From the NCBI GenBank assembly GCA_038062835.1, contig JBBTWH010000009.1:8257-72256 (forward strand): a stretch of DNA of 64,000 nt, written 5' to 3'. How positions within the stretch are numbered: position 1 is the first letter of the stretch; the number at the start of each line of letters is the position of its first letter. Positions 28,879-37,950 of this stretch are shown in pieces. Origin of the DNA: Patescibacteria group bacterium. Its GTDB lineage: Bacteria; Patescibacteriota; Patescibacteriia; SG8-24; DYFX01. The position numbers and the translations under genes are program-made. A model generated the notes under the pieces. The model saw only the letters and a list, made by a program, of their open reading frames with translations. It had not been told where the DNA came from and made no database searches.

Positions 28879-30053
28879 AGACCGAAGCCGAACAGCGCGC
28901 CCGGACCGACCGGATTCATGCCCTTGTCCAATTCCAGCGCGTCGCTCCAGCCGTCGCCGTCCGTATCGGGATTCCAGGCGTCGGATCCATAGAAATGCTC
29001 TTGCCCGTCCGAAAGGCCGTCGCCGTCGCTGTCCGCCTCCCGTACGGCCGCGCCGGTCGCCGGAAGAGTCGCCTGAAGAGCGGGCGTCGTTTCAGTCGCC
29101 GTCGGCCCGCGACCGCCGGCGAGGCTCAGTCGTTTGGAAAAAGCCGGACCGAGAGCCTTCTCGACGTCTTCCGCCTGCGGCACGTCGAAGACGACCGGTC
29201 GTCCGTAACGGGAGAACCGCACGGTGCCGCCCACGGCCCCGGACGCATCCGCTCCGTTCATGGCGCTGAAGAGGCCGATCTTGAGGAATTTCCCGGTGCG
29301 CTTGTCGATCCAGACCTCGCCGACCGGTTTTCCCCACCGGATCATGTCCGCCGTCACGGCCAGGACGTCCTCGGCGTCGATGGCCCGTCCGACGCGCGCC
29401 TCGCGAAGCTTGAGAAGCAGGGCCGAGACGGCCTCCATGTTCATCTCGACGGCATAATGGCGCGCCTTGGCGTCGAGCAGCTTCTCGTCCGGCAGTTTTT
29501 CGGTGACGGTGAAGAGGTCGACGCTCGAGAACGCCTGCGCCATGGCGGCCACCCCGAGCGCGTCGAGCGGCCGTTCCGCGAGCGCTCGTTCGTCGGGCGG
29601 CAGGATGAATTCCAGGAACGGCCGCTCGGAAACGACCCACTTTCCTTTCAGCCGCGCGGCGACGTCGGAAGAAAGATCCCCGGTATCTTCGAGTCTCAGG
29701 TAGTGGCGCCCGTCCTTGCGCCGCGCCTCGCCGGAGAGCCTCATCTCCGCCGAGCCGCTCCCTTGAGCGAAGGCGAAGGTCGAGACCGAAGCATGCCTGA
29801 ACGGATCGGTGCGATCGAGATCCACGCGCATGACGATGTCGACGCCTGTCGCGCTCGGCGTCGCGACGCCACCCAATTCCTGCGGCGGCAGCGCGAGCGC
29901 CGCTTCCGACTCGACACGCATCGTCTTCTCGACGGCGAGCTTGCGCTGCGCCTTGTTGAGGACGGTCCTGGGGGCGGGTTCCGACAGGAACACGGCCATC
30001 GACACGACGGCGGCAAGTCCGAGCCCTCCGAAGATGATCGCGCGCTTAGGCAT
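28875..30053 (-). CDS. hypothetical membrane-anchored periplasmic protein with C-terminal calcium-binding (thrombospondin type-3-like) Asp-rich repeats
   Basis: TM helix at the N-terminus. C-terminus EADSDGDGLSDGQE...NPDTDGDGWSDALE. ATGA-coupled to ftsI. Confidence 0.55.
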   Translation of the reverse strand: MPKRAIIFGGLGLAAVVSMAVFLSEPAPRTVLNKAQRKLAVEKTMRVESEAALALPPQELGGVATPSATGVDIVMRVDLDRTDPFRHASVSTFAFAQGSGSAEMRLSGEARRKDGRHYLRLEDTGDLSSDVAARLKGKWVVSERPFLEFILPPDERALAERPLDALGVAAMAQAFSSVDLFTVTEKLPDEKLLDAKARHYAVEMNMEAVSALLLKLREARVGRAIDAEDVLAVTADMIRWGKPVGEVWIDKRTGKFLKIGLFSAMNGADASGAVGGTVRFSRYGRPVVFDVPQAEDVEKALGPAFSKRLSLAGGRGPTATETTPALQATLPATGAAVREADSDGDGLSDGQEHFYGSDAWNPDTDGDGWSDALELDKGMNPVGPGALFGFGL

Positions 30054-31308
30054 CGAGATATTTCCTGCCTTTGAGGGACTTCGGGAGATATTCCTGGTCG
30101 ACGGTTTCCTTGAAGTCGGGGCCGTATTTATAGCCTTTGCCGTAACCGATCCGCTTCATCAGCTTCGTCGTCGCGTTGCGTAGGTGAAGCGGCACGCCCT
30201 CGTTCGGAAGCTCGCGGATATCGGATTTGACCTTGCCGTACCCGACATACAGCGCGTTGGATTTCGGCGCGCGAGCGCAATACGCGACGGCCTGCGCCAG
30301 GATGACGTCGCACTCCGGCATGCCCATCTGATGGCAAGCCTGGTACGCGGCGACGCACTGCACGAGCGCGTTCGGATCGGCGAGACCGATGTCCTCCGAG
30401 GCGAAACGTACGACGCGGCGCGCGACATACAGCGGGTCCTCGCCCGCCTCGAGCATCCGTCCGAGCCAGTAGAGCGCCGCGTCGGCGTCGGACCCGCGCA
30501 TCGACTTATGGAGCGCCGAGATGATGTTGTAGTGCTCTTCCCCCTGCCGGTCGTAAAGCAGGTGATTCTTCTGAAGCGTCTTGGCGAGGGCTTCCTTCTT
30601 CAAGTGTACCACGCCGTCCGCGTCGGGCCGAACGCTCCGAAGGCCCAATTCCAGGCCGTTCAGGGCCGATCGCGCGTCACCGTTCGCGCTGGCCGCCAAG
30701 TACCCCAGCGCGTCTTTTCCGGCCTCGATCCTGTACGGATAGGCCTCTCGCTTGCGGACGAGTTCCAGCGCGCGCTCGAGGACCGTCTCGACGGCTTCCG
30801 TCGAGAGCGCTTGCAGGATGAAGACGCGTGAACGCGAAAGCAAGGCCCCGTTCACTTCGAACGACGGGTTCTCCGTGGTGGCGCCGATCAGCACGACCGT
30901 GCCGTCTTCGACGTGCGGCAGGAAGGCGTCCTGCTGGGCCTTGTTCCAACGGTGGATCTCGTCGATGAAGACGATCGTCCGCTCGCCGTGGAGGATGCGC
31001 CGCTCTTTCGCCTCCTCGACCGCCTTCTTGAGGTCGGCGATGCCGGATGTGGTGGCCGAGAGCGGCACGAATCGCGCCTTCGTCATCCTGGCGACGATGC
31101 GCGCGAGCGTCGTCTTGCCTACGCCCGGCGGACCCCACAGGACCATCGAAGGGATGGCATCCAATTCCAAAAGCGTGCGGAGCGGAGAGCCGGGACCGAC
31201 CAATTCGTCCTGCCCGACGAAGTCGTCGAGCGTCTCGGGACGCATGAGTTCCGCGAGCGGCGCCTGCTTCTTCATTTCCACCTTATCTTTGAGGTCGAAC
31301 AGGTCCAT
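30046..31308 (-). CDS. rarA: replication-associated recombination protein A (MgsA/RarA, AAA+ ATPase)
   Basis: Walker A GPPGVGKTTLA, Walker B VFIDEIHR, and a sensor region. ATG at 31308 (MDLFDLKDK); the track ORF extends to 31404. Confidence 0.88.
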   Translation of the reverse strand: MDLFDLKDKVEMKKQAPLAELMRPETLDDFVGQDELVGPGSPLRTLLELDAIPSMVLWGPPGVGKTTLARIVARMTKARFVPLSATTSGIADLKKAVEEAKERRILHGERTIVFIDEIHRWNKAQQDAFLPHVEDGTVVLIGATTENPSFEVNGALLSRSRVFILQALSTEAVETVLERALELVRKREAYPYRIEAGKDALGYLAASANGDARSALNGLELGLRSVRPDADGVVHLKKEALAKTLQKNHLLYDRQGEEHYNIISALHKSMRGSDADAALYWLGRMLEAGEDPLYVARRVVRFASEDIGLADPNALVQCVAAYQACHQMGMPECDVILAQAVAYCARAPKSNALYVGYGKVKSDIRELPNEGVPLHLRNATTKLMKRIGYGKGYKYGPDFKETVDQEYLPKSLKGRKYLDA

Positions 31309-31521
31309 ACAAGGCCATCTTACACGAACGCAAGGCGAACGAGTCAAACACGAAGCTCCCCGGCTGCACGGGGAGCTTCGCGATGTTTTCCCCAACAGGA
31401 ACACTGACCTGTCCTCTGTTGGGTAAAGATGATGGGGCCGTCCTGCCGCGCGACCGTAACTCCCGGGAGGCTGGAACTGTTCGCCTTCATCATACCACGA
31501 AAAAAGGCCTGACCGAGGAGG

Positions 31522-31983
31522 TCAGGCCGAACCGGCGAAGCCGACCAGGTGCCCGCCGTAGAGCAGTCCGTCGGAACCATCGAGCGTCTCGCGCCAGGCG
31601 AGGGCGTCGTCCACGCCTTCGGGCCATGGGCGCCCGATGTCCGCGAGAAAGCGCCGCCACGGGTCGTTGATGAAGTGGTCAAAGACCTGCTCGGCGCTGC
31701 CGCGCGCGTCGCCGACCGGACGATAGATGCGGTCCGCCGCCACCAGCGCTCGCCACCAATCGTCCTCCGGACGGAAGATCGGTATCACGGTACAGACGAA
31801 GACGGCGCGACCCTCGCCGATGGCGCGCTCGAGCTTGCCGGTCGACCATAGCCGATAGCCATGCTTGGGACATTCCTGCGCGTAGACGGGAGTCTGACCT
31901 GGATACGCGGGCCTTTCCGAAATGATGGCGGTGGTGCCGAAGACGACGATCAAGTCCGGATCGCGGACGCCTGCTGTCTTCAT
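31522..31983 (-). CDS. hypothetical protein (153 aa)
   Basis: ATG at 31983 with RBS ggaggt. The part of track ORF 31522..32169 upstream of this start is the antisense of tRNA-Pro. Confidence 0.5.
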   Translation of the reverse strand: MKTAGVRDPDLIVVFGTTAIISERPAYPGQTPVYAQECPKHGYRLWSTGKLERAIGEGRAVFVCTVIPIFRPEDDWWRALVAADRIYRPVGDARGSAEQVFDHFINDPWRRFLADIGRPWPEGVDDALAWRETLDGSDGLLYGGHLVGFAGSA

Positions 31984-32053
31984 AATGAACCTCCATGGCA
32001 ATACCGACCCGGCAACGTACCTGAAAATCCAGCGACCGTCAACCCACCTCCTT

Positions 32054-32082
32054 GCCAGGATGAGCCGCATCGTGTAGAGTAG
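32054..32082 (+). promoter_or_regulatory. putative promoter of tRNA-Pro (-35 TTGCCA, 17 nt, -10 TAGAGT)
   Basis: cCTTGCCAggatgagccgcatcgtgTAGAGT lies about 11 nt upstream of the tRNA 5' end. Confidence 0.45.
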
Positions 32083-32093
32083 GCACGTCGCGC

Positions 32094-32168
32094 CGGAATG
32101 TAGCTCAGCGGTAGAGCGCTCGCTTCGGGTGCGAGAGGCCGCAGGTTCAATCCCTGTCATTCCGACCA
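32094..32168 (+). tRNA. tRNA-Pro (anticodon CGG)
   Basis: Acceptor CGGAATG/CATTCCG. D-arm GCTCAGCGGTAGAGC. Anticodon loop TTCGGGT with G37. T-arm GCAGGTTCAATCCTGT (wobble). CCA is encoded. Confidence 0.85.
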
Positions 32169-32171
32169 CGA

Positions 32172-32205
32172 AAACGCCTTCGTTGCATACGAGGGCTTTT
32201 TCGTT
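32172..32205 (+). terminator. rho-independent terminator (gccttcgttgcatacgagggc + TTTTTCGTTGTTTTG)
   Basis: Stem-loop plus a U-rich tail after the tRNA. Confidence 0.6.
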
Positions 32206-32367
32206 GTTTTGCGGGTGTACCTAGAAAGTAAGTGATGCAAAACCACCGCCTTTGGGCGGGGGAGCGTTTCGTCTTTTTGACTTTCCGATTCCCGCGTTCT
32301 ATGGTGGTTCGGTGAGGAAAGAAGAAGCGCTACTGAAGATGCCGTTTCATTGAAAAAGGAGGCAGTC

Positions 32368-32781
32368 GTGCCGAAGAAGCAAAGCAGCGGAAACCTGTTC
32401 CAGTACGTCCTGATGTCAGCCGTCGCGCTGTTCCGCTGGGGCGTCAAGCGCCTCTGGAACATACTGACCTTCTGGCAAGCCGAGCGGAAGAAGCCGCTCG
32501 CCGACCGGCAAAAGGTCGACCGCCAGAAGGCCGTCGCCGGACTCCTCGCCGTCGTCATCGCCGTCGGCGGCGTGGCCTTCTTCGTCTGGAAGGGGCTCAT
32601 AGCCGTCTTCTCGATGTCCGTCGCCTTCCTCGACCGCCAGATGGCCCTCTACATCGGCGCCGCGCTCCTCATCGTCGGCCTCAACATCCTGCGGCTCATG
32701 CCGCAGCGCAAGAAGATCGGCCTCGTCCTGATGGCCCTCGGCGCGCTCCTCGTCGCCTACGGCCTCGGATATCTCGGATAG
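32368..32781 (+). CDS. small polytopic membrane protein, hypothetical
   Basis: GTG at 32368 lies 7 nt after the RBS AAGGAGG. Upstream promoter TTGACT, 17 nt, TATGGT at about 32268-32297. Three or four TM helices. Confidence 0.55.
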   Translation: MPKKQSSGNLFQYVLMSAVALFRWGVKRLWNILTFWQAERKKPLADRQKVDRQKAVAGLLAVVIAVGGVAFFVWKGLIAVFSMSVAFLDRQMALYIGAALLIVGLNILRLMPQRKKIGLVLMALGALLVAYGLGYLG

Positions 32782-33038
32782 CGAAGACCCTCCGTCTCAC
32801 GGAGGGTCTTTTTCGTCATCTAAAACCGACGACTGTCAAGACGCCGCACCTTCTTTCCTCCACCCCGCCAAGCGTCCGACCGCGCGCGAGCGAAGGGCCG
32901 GTTCCGGCGACCATCGCGGAGGCGCACGAGCTTGGTCCCCGAAGGGGTCGCGCGCCGAGCGTGAGGGCGACGCGCCGCAGGAGCGCGTCGACCCGGGTCG
33001 CCGGAACCGGTCCGAGCGGAGCGCGCGGTCGGACGCCC

Positions 33039-33606
33039 CTAAAACGGCATCGTCAGGTTGATGGGGTTCGGCTTGGCGTTCGGCATGCGGAAGTCGACCT
33101 TCACCGCCTTCTTGGCGCCGGCGCGGTCCTCATAGAAGATCTCGCCGTGCTTGAGGCCGTAGTCGTAGACCTCCTTCGTGATCTTCACGTCCATCAGGCA
33201 GTAGTCGCGCAGCTTGTCGAACTCCCCCTTCTTGAAGTACTCGAGCGCCTGCAGGCCGTGCCCGCTCTTGCCGGCGCCGATCGTCGCCTGCGCCACGCTG
33301 TCGAGCTTCAGCCGGAATCCCAGGCCGGCGTGGATCACTTCGAGCAAGTCAAGGCTCGGGAACGTCAGGAAGTCGCCTGGATAGTAGCTGTTCATCACCG
33401 GATAATCGAAACCTTTGGTGTTGTAGCCGATGATGCGTTCGGCGCGCTCGAGGCGAGGCCAGAGATTCGGCAGCTCGTGCTCAAGATAGCTGGCGTACTC
33501 GTCGGTCTCGTAATAGTACACGCCGATCAGCGTGATCTTCGGCATGGCACCGTTCGGTCCGATGAGACCGTCCGTCTCGATGTCGAGCACGACTTCGTTC
33601 AGCATA
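33039..33606 (-). CDS. DEDD-family 3'-5' exonuclease (RNase D / DnaQ-like)
   Basis: Exo I LDIETDGL, Exo II/III with Y-x3-D (DYCLMDVKITKEVYDY). ATG at about 33606 (MLNEVVLDIETDG). Coordinates +/-1. Confidence 0.75.
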
Positions 33607-33608
33607 CG

Positions 33609-33665
33609 AAAAAAGGTTTGAGGCTTGAGGATATGAGGTTTGAAACCGGGCGTCAAGCCTCAACG
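33609..33665 (-). terminator. long imperfect inverted repeat / terminator (GGTTTGAGGCTTGAGG..CCTCAACGCTCAAACC + T6 on the minus strand)
   Basis: A 16-bp arm repeated with a 2-nt transposition. An A6 tract on the plus strand gives a T-tract on the minus strand just after the pilin genes. Confidence 0.5.
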
Positions 33666-33680
33666 CTCAAACCTCAATCC

Positions 33681-34184
33681 TTACCTCTGGACCGTGATCG
33701 TCGAGACCCGTTCGGGATTGCAGGATCCGACCGTGATGCGATTGTTCGTCGACTTGTTCACGTAGTAGCCGGTCTTGGTCGCATCATAGGTGACGACGCC
33801 GTTGGTGCCTTTCGGATCGACCGGCATCGAGGAGATGTATTCGTCCACGAGCGGCGACGAGAGGTTCAGGCAGGCGCCGAGCGTCGTACCCGCCGGGGCG
33901 CAGCCGGTGTTGCAGCCGGAGCCTGAGGTGCCGAGCACCTGCGCGGTCGAGGCGTCGCTGTCGATGCCCGCTGGCACGGCACCGACGTTGTCCGACATGT
34001 AATTCAGGATGGCGTTGAGCACCGAATAGACCTCACCCGCCCGCCGCGCGTCGCGCGCCTGAGAAAACCGCTTGGGCGGGTCCACGGCGACCAAAATAAT
34101 GGCCGCCAAGATGGCGATGATGCCAATGACAAGGAGTAATTCAATCAGGGTGAAGCCCTGTCGAACACGCCGTGAAAGCGCCAT
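33681..34184 (-). CDS. type IV pilin (major pilin-like), prepilin with class III signal
   Basis: MALSRRVRQG|FTLIELLLVIGIIAILAAIILVA: the Gly-Phe cleavage site, Glu+5 and a hydrophobic alpha1-N helix. Confidence 0.85.
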   Translation of the reverse strand: MALSRRVRQGFTLIELLLVIGIIAILAAIILVAVDPPKRFSQARDARRAGEVYSVLNAILNYMSDNVGAVPAGIDSDASTAQVLGTSGSGCNTGCAPAGTTLGACLNLSSPLVDEYISSMPVDPKGTNGVVTYDATKTGYYVNKSTNNRITVGSCNPERVSTITVQR

Positions 34185-34228
34185 TCTGGTGGGTTAAGGA
34201 AAGGCCGACTCGTCCCGAGATCAAACGC

Positions 34229-34807
34229 CTAGCGCTTGATCTTGATGCTCGGAGTCGTGATGTTGTCCTCGGACTCGGGGTTGCAGGCGCCGACCTCGAT
34301 GCGGCCGTTGGTCGAGCGCTTGATGTAGTAACCCGTCGCATTATCGTCGTACGTGTCCGTGTCGTTCGTACCGCGCGGATCGACCGGGATGGATGAGATG
34401 TACTCGTCGACAAGGGCCGTGTTCGTCGCCACGGCGATGATATGCGTCGCCGTACCCGCTCCGGTCAGGTGGTTCGGGCAGAGCGTGGTTCCCGTGATCG
34501 GACGGATGTCGAGCGTGAGGTTGCCGGTGCCGTTGTTCTCTCCGATGACGAACGGGACGTTGGCCGTCGCCGAGGAAATCTGCGTCGGCAGCTTGCCCTT
34601 GTAGTCGACCGTGTAGTTCAAGATGGCGTTCAAGATGGCGTTGGCTTCCGCGTAACGGCGGGCGTTGCGGGCCTGTTTGAGGCGCTTGGCAGGATCCACG
34701 GCGACCAAGATGATGGCAGCGAGAATCCCGATGATGCCGATGACGATCAGGAGCTCGATCAGGGTGAAACCCTTGGCACCATGATTCTTAATGGAAAGAC
34801 GGGACAT
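34229..34807 (-). CDS. type IV pilin paralogue
   Basis: MSRLSIKNHGAKG|FTLIELLIVIGIIGILAAIILVA. Shares the C-terminal motif LVDEYISS.PVDP.GTN...YD...TGYY with the downstream pilin. Confidence 0.85.
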   Translation of the reverse strand: MSRLSIKNHGAKGFTLIELLIVIGIIGILAAIILVAVDPAKRLKQARNARRYAEANAILNAILNYTVDYKGKLPTQISSATANVPFVIGENNGTGNLTLDIRPITGTTLCPNHLTGAGTATHIIAVATNTALVDEYISSIPVDPRGTNDTDTYDDNATGYYIKRSTNGRIEVGACNPESEDNITTPSIKIKR

Positions 34808-34851
34808 ATCGGATCGCTTGTGGATAAAAATGATGCGTGTAATTCATTATA

Positions 34852-36972
34852 TCACAGGGCTTCCGGCAGTACGTCTGCGATGGCCGTAAGGCGTATTTCT
34901 CCTTCGGCGGCATCGCCGCCAAGGGACGCTTCAATGTCCCGGAACGCGTGCTTCGTGCCTTGCGCCGGCTCCGGCAATGCGCTGCGAAGCAAGATTTCGG
35001 CGTCGGCGATCTCTATGGCTGAAGAACGGGCCAGGACGACGGCATGCGCGCTGAAAGAACCGACAGGCTCTCCGACGACCGGCGCCTCAAGGTACCGGAT
35101 TTCGAAGATTTCGAAGGAATCCGCGACCAGAATCGCCCCTTCTCCGGCCTTGGCGGCGGCCGCGCTCTTGAGCGTCTCCTCCGCCTCGGATTCGAACATG
35201 CTTCGAAGCGAGGCTACGTCCTCTTCCGTGAACGGAGCTCCGGACACGGTCATGCCGCCCCGCGTCGGCTCGGACGTCTCGCCATATATGGCTTTCTGGA
35301 CGGCGACCGAAAGGCCAGGAATCGTGAAACGTCCCACGGGAACGTCCCCCTGCGCTCCCGACTGGTCGGCGGTCATCGCGGCCGAAACTCGGCCGCGCGC
35401 CGGGACGAAGACTCGGCTGTCCAGACGGAAGGTCACGCCGCCCTCGGAGAGCAAGCGCGTCGTGGCGACGAGCGTCTGGCCGTTGCCGCTCTCGTTGATG
35501 ATCAAGATAGTGCCCTTGGCGTATCCGGACGTCTCCTCGCCCGGGCGATCGACCGTCACGCGCAGCTCAGCTTCGACTTCGATGTCGGTCACGGCCAGGA
35601 CTCGCGGGTCGGCAGACGTGGCCTCGCCGATTTCAGCCGTGACCTCAAGCGGGATCGCGGACGACGCCGCTTGCGGGGCTTGAGTATCGGCAGGCGCGGC
35701 GCCGCGCATACGGAAGGACGCGAACCAGGCCCCGACGGCGAGCGTCAATACGGCCGCGACGGCGGCCGCCAACTTGAGCCATGTCGGCATATGACGCGCG
35801 CCTCCCCGCAGAGGCGCGATCCGGCGGGGACCGGCAGGGCGCGGCAGCTCGGCTGAATGGCCCTGGGCACCGGCCGAAAGCAGGTTGATGTCGGAGAACT
35901 TGCGGACGCCGAGGCCTCGCATCGAAAGCCCGACGGCGGTCGTCGCCAGGACGCCGCGCTCGCGGAGATTCAGCTTCTCCAGCAGAGGATCGAGCTCGAG
36001 TCCGGACCAAGGGTCCGCGTGCTCGACGCGCTGGGTACGGGACGGCGAGGAGAGCTTGCCGGATACGTATTCGACGAGCCCCGGCATCAGCGTCGAGCCG
36101 CCGCACATCACGATGCGGGAAATCGGGCGTCCGGACTTCGCTTCGTAGTATTCACGGGCGGCAAGGACGTCCTTGGCGAGACTGTCGGCGGTGTCGCGCA
36201 TGGCCTTCTGCGCCTTGAGGTCGAACTCGCCGATGAGCCCCTGATTGCGCTTCAGCGAATCGGCGTCTTCGACCGTGATACCGAGGGCGCGCGCGAGCGC
36301 CTGCGTGAAGGCGTCCCCGGCGGTCTCGAGCGCCTCGGAGAACTGGATGCCGCTGCGGTCGAAGACCGAGATATTGGAGACGCGCGCGCCGACATCGACG
36401 AACATCACGGGCTCCGCCTCGTTCGGCAGGAGCGTCGCGCGGGCGATGGAAGCGGATTCGTTCTCGACGGCCTCGAGCGAAAGGCCGGAGGCCGCGAAGA
36501 GGTCGAGATAGCTTTTCAGCGTGTCCTTGTGGACCGCCGCGTAGTAGATGTCCTTGCGGTCGGGGCGCTGGCCGATGACGGCGTAGCCGGAGACCATTTC
36601 GTCGTGGCGGTACGGGAAATACCCGTCCGCCTCGATGGCGAGCGAGCGTCCGAGTTCCGCCTCGTCGGCGACGCGCGGGACTTCGAAGATGTGGCTGTAG
36701 ACCTGCGACTCCGGCAAGGCGAAGACGACGCGATCGATGCCTTTCGGCAGAGGCGGCGTCATCTTGTCAGCCAGGAGCTTGCGGAGCGCGAGGCTCGCGA
36801 CGTCTCGGCGTTCCACGTAGCCGTCGACGACGGCGCCCGGCGGCAAGGTGGTGCGGCCGTAGGAAGCCACGGCGAGGCGATCGCCGCGGCGCACCATGAA
36901 AACGGCCTCGATCGAATGATCGGAGATGTCGAGACCGATCGCCGGTTTTTGAAACATGGCCATGGCGTTCAC
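34852..36972 (-). CDS. pilM: type IV pilus assembly protein PilM fused to a TM segment and a large C-terminal periplasmic domain (PilN/O-like)
   Basis: Actin-like ATPase fold at the N-terminus (IGLDISDHSIEAVF...VMCGGSTLMPGLVEYV). TM helix WLKLAAAVAAVLTLAVGAWF. About 300 aa of extracytoplasmic domain. Confidence 0.8.
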   Translation of the reverse strand: MNAMAMFQKPAIGLDISDHSIEAVFMVRRGDRLAVASYGRTTLPPGAVVDGYVERRDVASLALRKLLADKMTPPLPKGIDRVVFALPESQVYSHIFEVPRVADEAELGRSLAIEADGYFPYRHDEMVSGYAVIGQRPDRKDIYYAAVHKDTLKSYLDLFAASGLSLEAVENESASIARATLLPNEAEPVMFVDVGARVSNISVFDRSGIQFSEALETAGDAFTQALARALGITVEDADSLKRNQGLIGEFDLKAQKAMRDTADSLAKDVLAAREYYEAKSGRPISRIVMCGGSTLMPGLVEYVSGKLSSPSRTQRVEHADPWSGLELDPLLEKLNLRERGVLATTAVGLSMRGLGVRKFSDINLLSAGAQGHSAELPRPAGPRRIAPLRGGARHMPTWLKLAAAVAAVLTLAVGAWFASFRMRGAAPADTQAPQAASSAIPLEVTAEIGEATSADPRVLAVTDIEVEAELRVTVDRPGEETSGYAKGTILIINESGNGQTLVATTRLLSEGGVTFRLDSRVFVPARGRVSAAMTADQSGAQGDVPVGRFTIPGLSVAVQKAIYGETSEPTRGGMTVSGAPFTEEDVASLRSMFESEAEETLKSAAAAKAGEGAILVADSFEIFEIRYLEAPVVGEPVGSFSAHAVVLARSSAIEIADAEILLRSALPEPAQGTKHAFRDIEASLGGDAAEGEIRLTAIADVLPEAL

Positions 36973-37024
36973 GCCAAAAGACTGGGGCTGAGTCCCCGTG
37001 AGCCTATCATACCACGAACCTGCC

Positions 37025-37435
37025 TTAATCCGCCTCCCTCCAGGAGTTGATCTTGATTTTTTTGGCGTTGGCCGAGTTGTTGGACTTGATGGTCACGTTG
37101 GCGTCGACGATGCGGACGGCGTACCGATACTCGCCCTGGCCGCGGACCAGTCGATCGTTCCCGCCCAGGTTCGTGACGGAAATCACGCATTCGCCGCCGT
37201 CCAAAGAGAACGAGCCGCCCGCGTAAGCCGCGTTCATCTTGAGCTGTTCGAGGCCCTCCTCGACGCAGGCGTCGGCCAGGCTGAACGCGATCTCGCCGTC
37301 CTCGACCACGCCGGTCAGGACCGCTTCGTCGTTGCCGACTGCGGATATGGTGATGCCGATCGAGATGAGCGTCACCATGACGATCAGCACGGTGATGAGG
37401 GCGACGACGCCTTTGGGAGCGTTGGGGTGCGTCAT
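37025..37435 (-). CDS. minor pilin-like / pilus assembly protein (non-canonical N-terminus)
   Basis: N-terminal hydrophobic helix PKGVVALITVLIVMVTLISIGITIS without Glu+5. Lies in the pilus operon. Confidence 0.5.
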   Translation of the reverse strand: MTHPNAPKGVVALITVLIVMVTLISIGITISAVGNDEAVLTGVVEDGEIAFSLADACVEEGLEQLKMNAAYAGGSFSLDGGECVISVTNLGGNDRLVRGQGEYRYAVRIVDANVTIKSNNSANAKKIKINSWREAD

Positions 37436-37436
37436 A

Positions 37437-37949
37437 TCAATCTTTGCGGATGACGGCGGTGCCGCTCGCCGCCGCCACGTACGTGAAAGCCTGGTCGGGA
37501 TTGTCGGAAGCGAAGGCGAGCGTGATGACGGCGGTGACGGCGTTGTTGTTGCCGCCGAGGTTATCCTTGGAGAAGCGCAGGGAGGTGACGTTCACGCGCG
37601 GGGTCGTGAGCGGCGTCGCCGGCCCGCTCCCCTCCTTCATGCGCACGGCACCGCCGGAGAGGTCGAAGACGGTGGGCGTGTTCGAGGCGCTCGGCATATC
37701 GACGGACAAGACGCCGCTGTCGCTGTTGAACGTCGAGGCGCCGACGTTCAGCTTCGACGCCTGGCGGACCGTGCGCAGCATGCGTTGCATGCCGAAGCGC
37801 ATGTTCTGCTCGACCTCGGCGATGACGGCCGTCTTCGCGCGGGTGCGGATGACGTCCAGCGCGAAGAGCGTGATCGCCGAGATGACGATCGAGATGAGGG
37901 CGAAATAGATGATGAATTCCAGCAGGGTGAAGCCCTTGGGATGACGCAT
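37437..37949 (-). CDS. type IV pseudopilin (minor pilin)
   Basis: MRHPKG|FTLLEFIIYFALISIVISAITLFAL is a class III signal. Confidence 0.75.
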   Translation of the reverse strand: MRHPKGFTLLEFIIYFALISIVISAITLFALDVIRTRAKTAVIAEVEQNMRFGMQRMLRTVRQASKLNVGASTFNSDSGVLSVDMPSASNTPTVFDLSGGAVRMKEGSGPATPLTTPRVNVTSLRFSKDNLGGNNNAVTAVITLAFASDNPDQAFTYVAAASGTAVIRKD

Positions 37950-37950
37950 A

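Noticed and set aside
27445-28992. 515-aa + ORF, and similar long + ORFs (42174..45500, 50145..52235, 19527..20687, 35857..37050)
   Set aside because: All overlap well-supported minus-strand genes (ftsI, pilB/pilC, histidine kinases, P-type ATPase, pilM) and have Arg/Asp/Gly/Ala-dominated compositions. They are GC-rich antisense artefacts.
31984-32169. N-terminal extension of ORF 31522..32169 (MVGMTGIEPAASRTRSE..)
   Set aside because: It is the reverse-complement reading of tRNA-Pro (GIEPA from the TTCAATCC T-loop). The real protein starts at ATG 31983 with RBS ggaggt.
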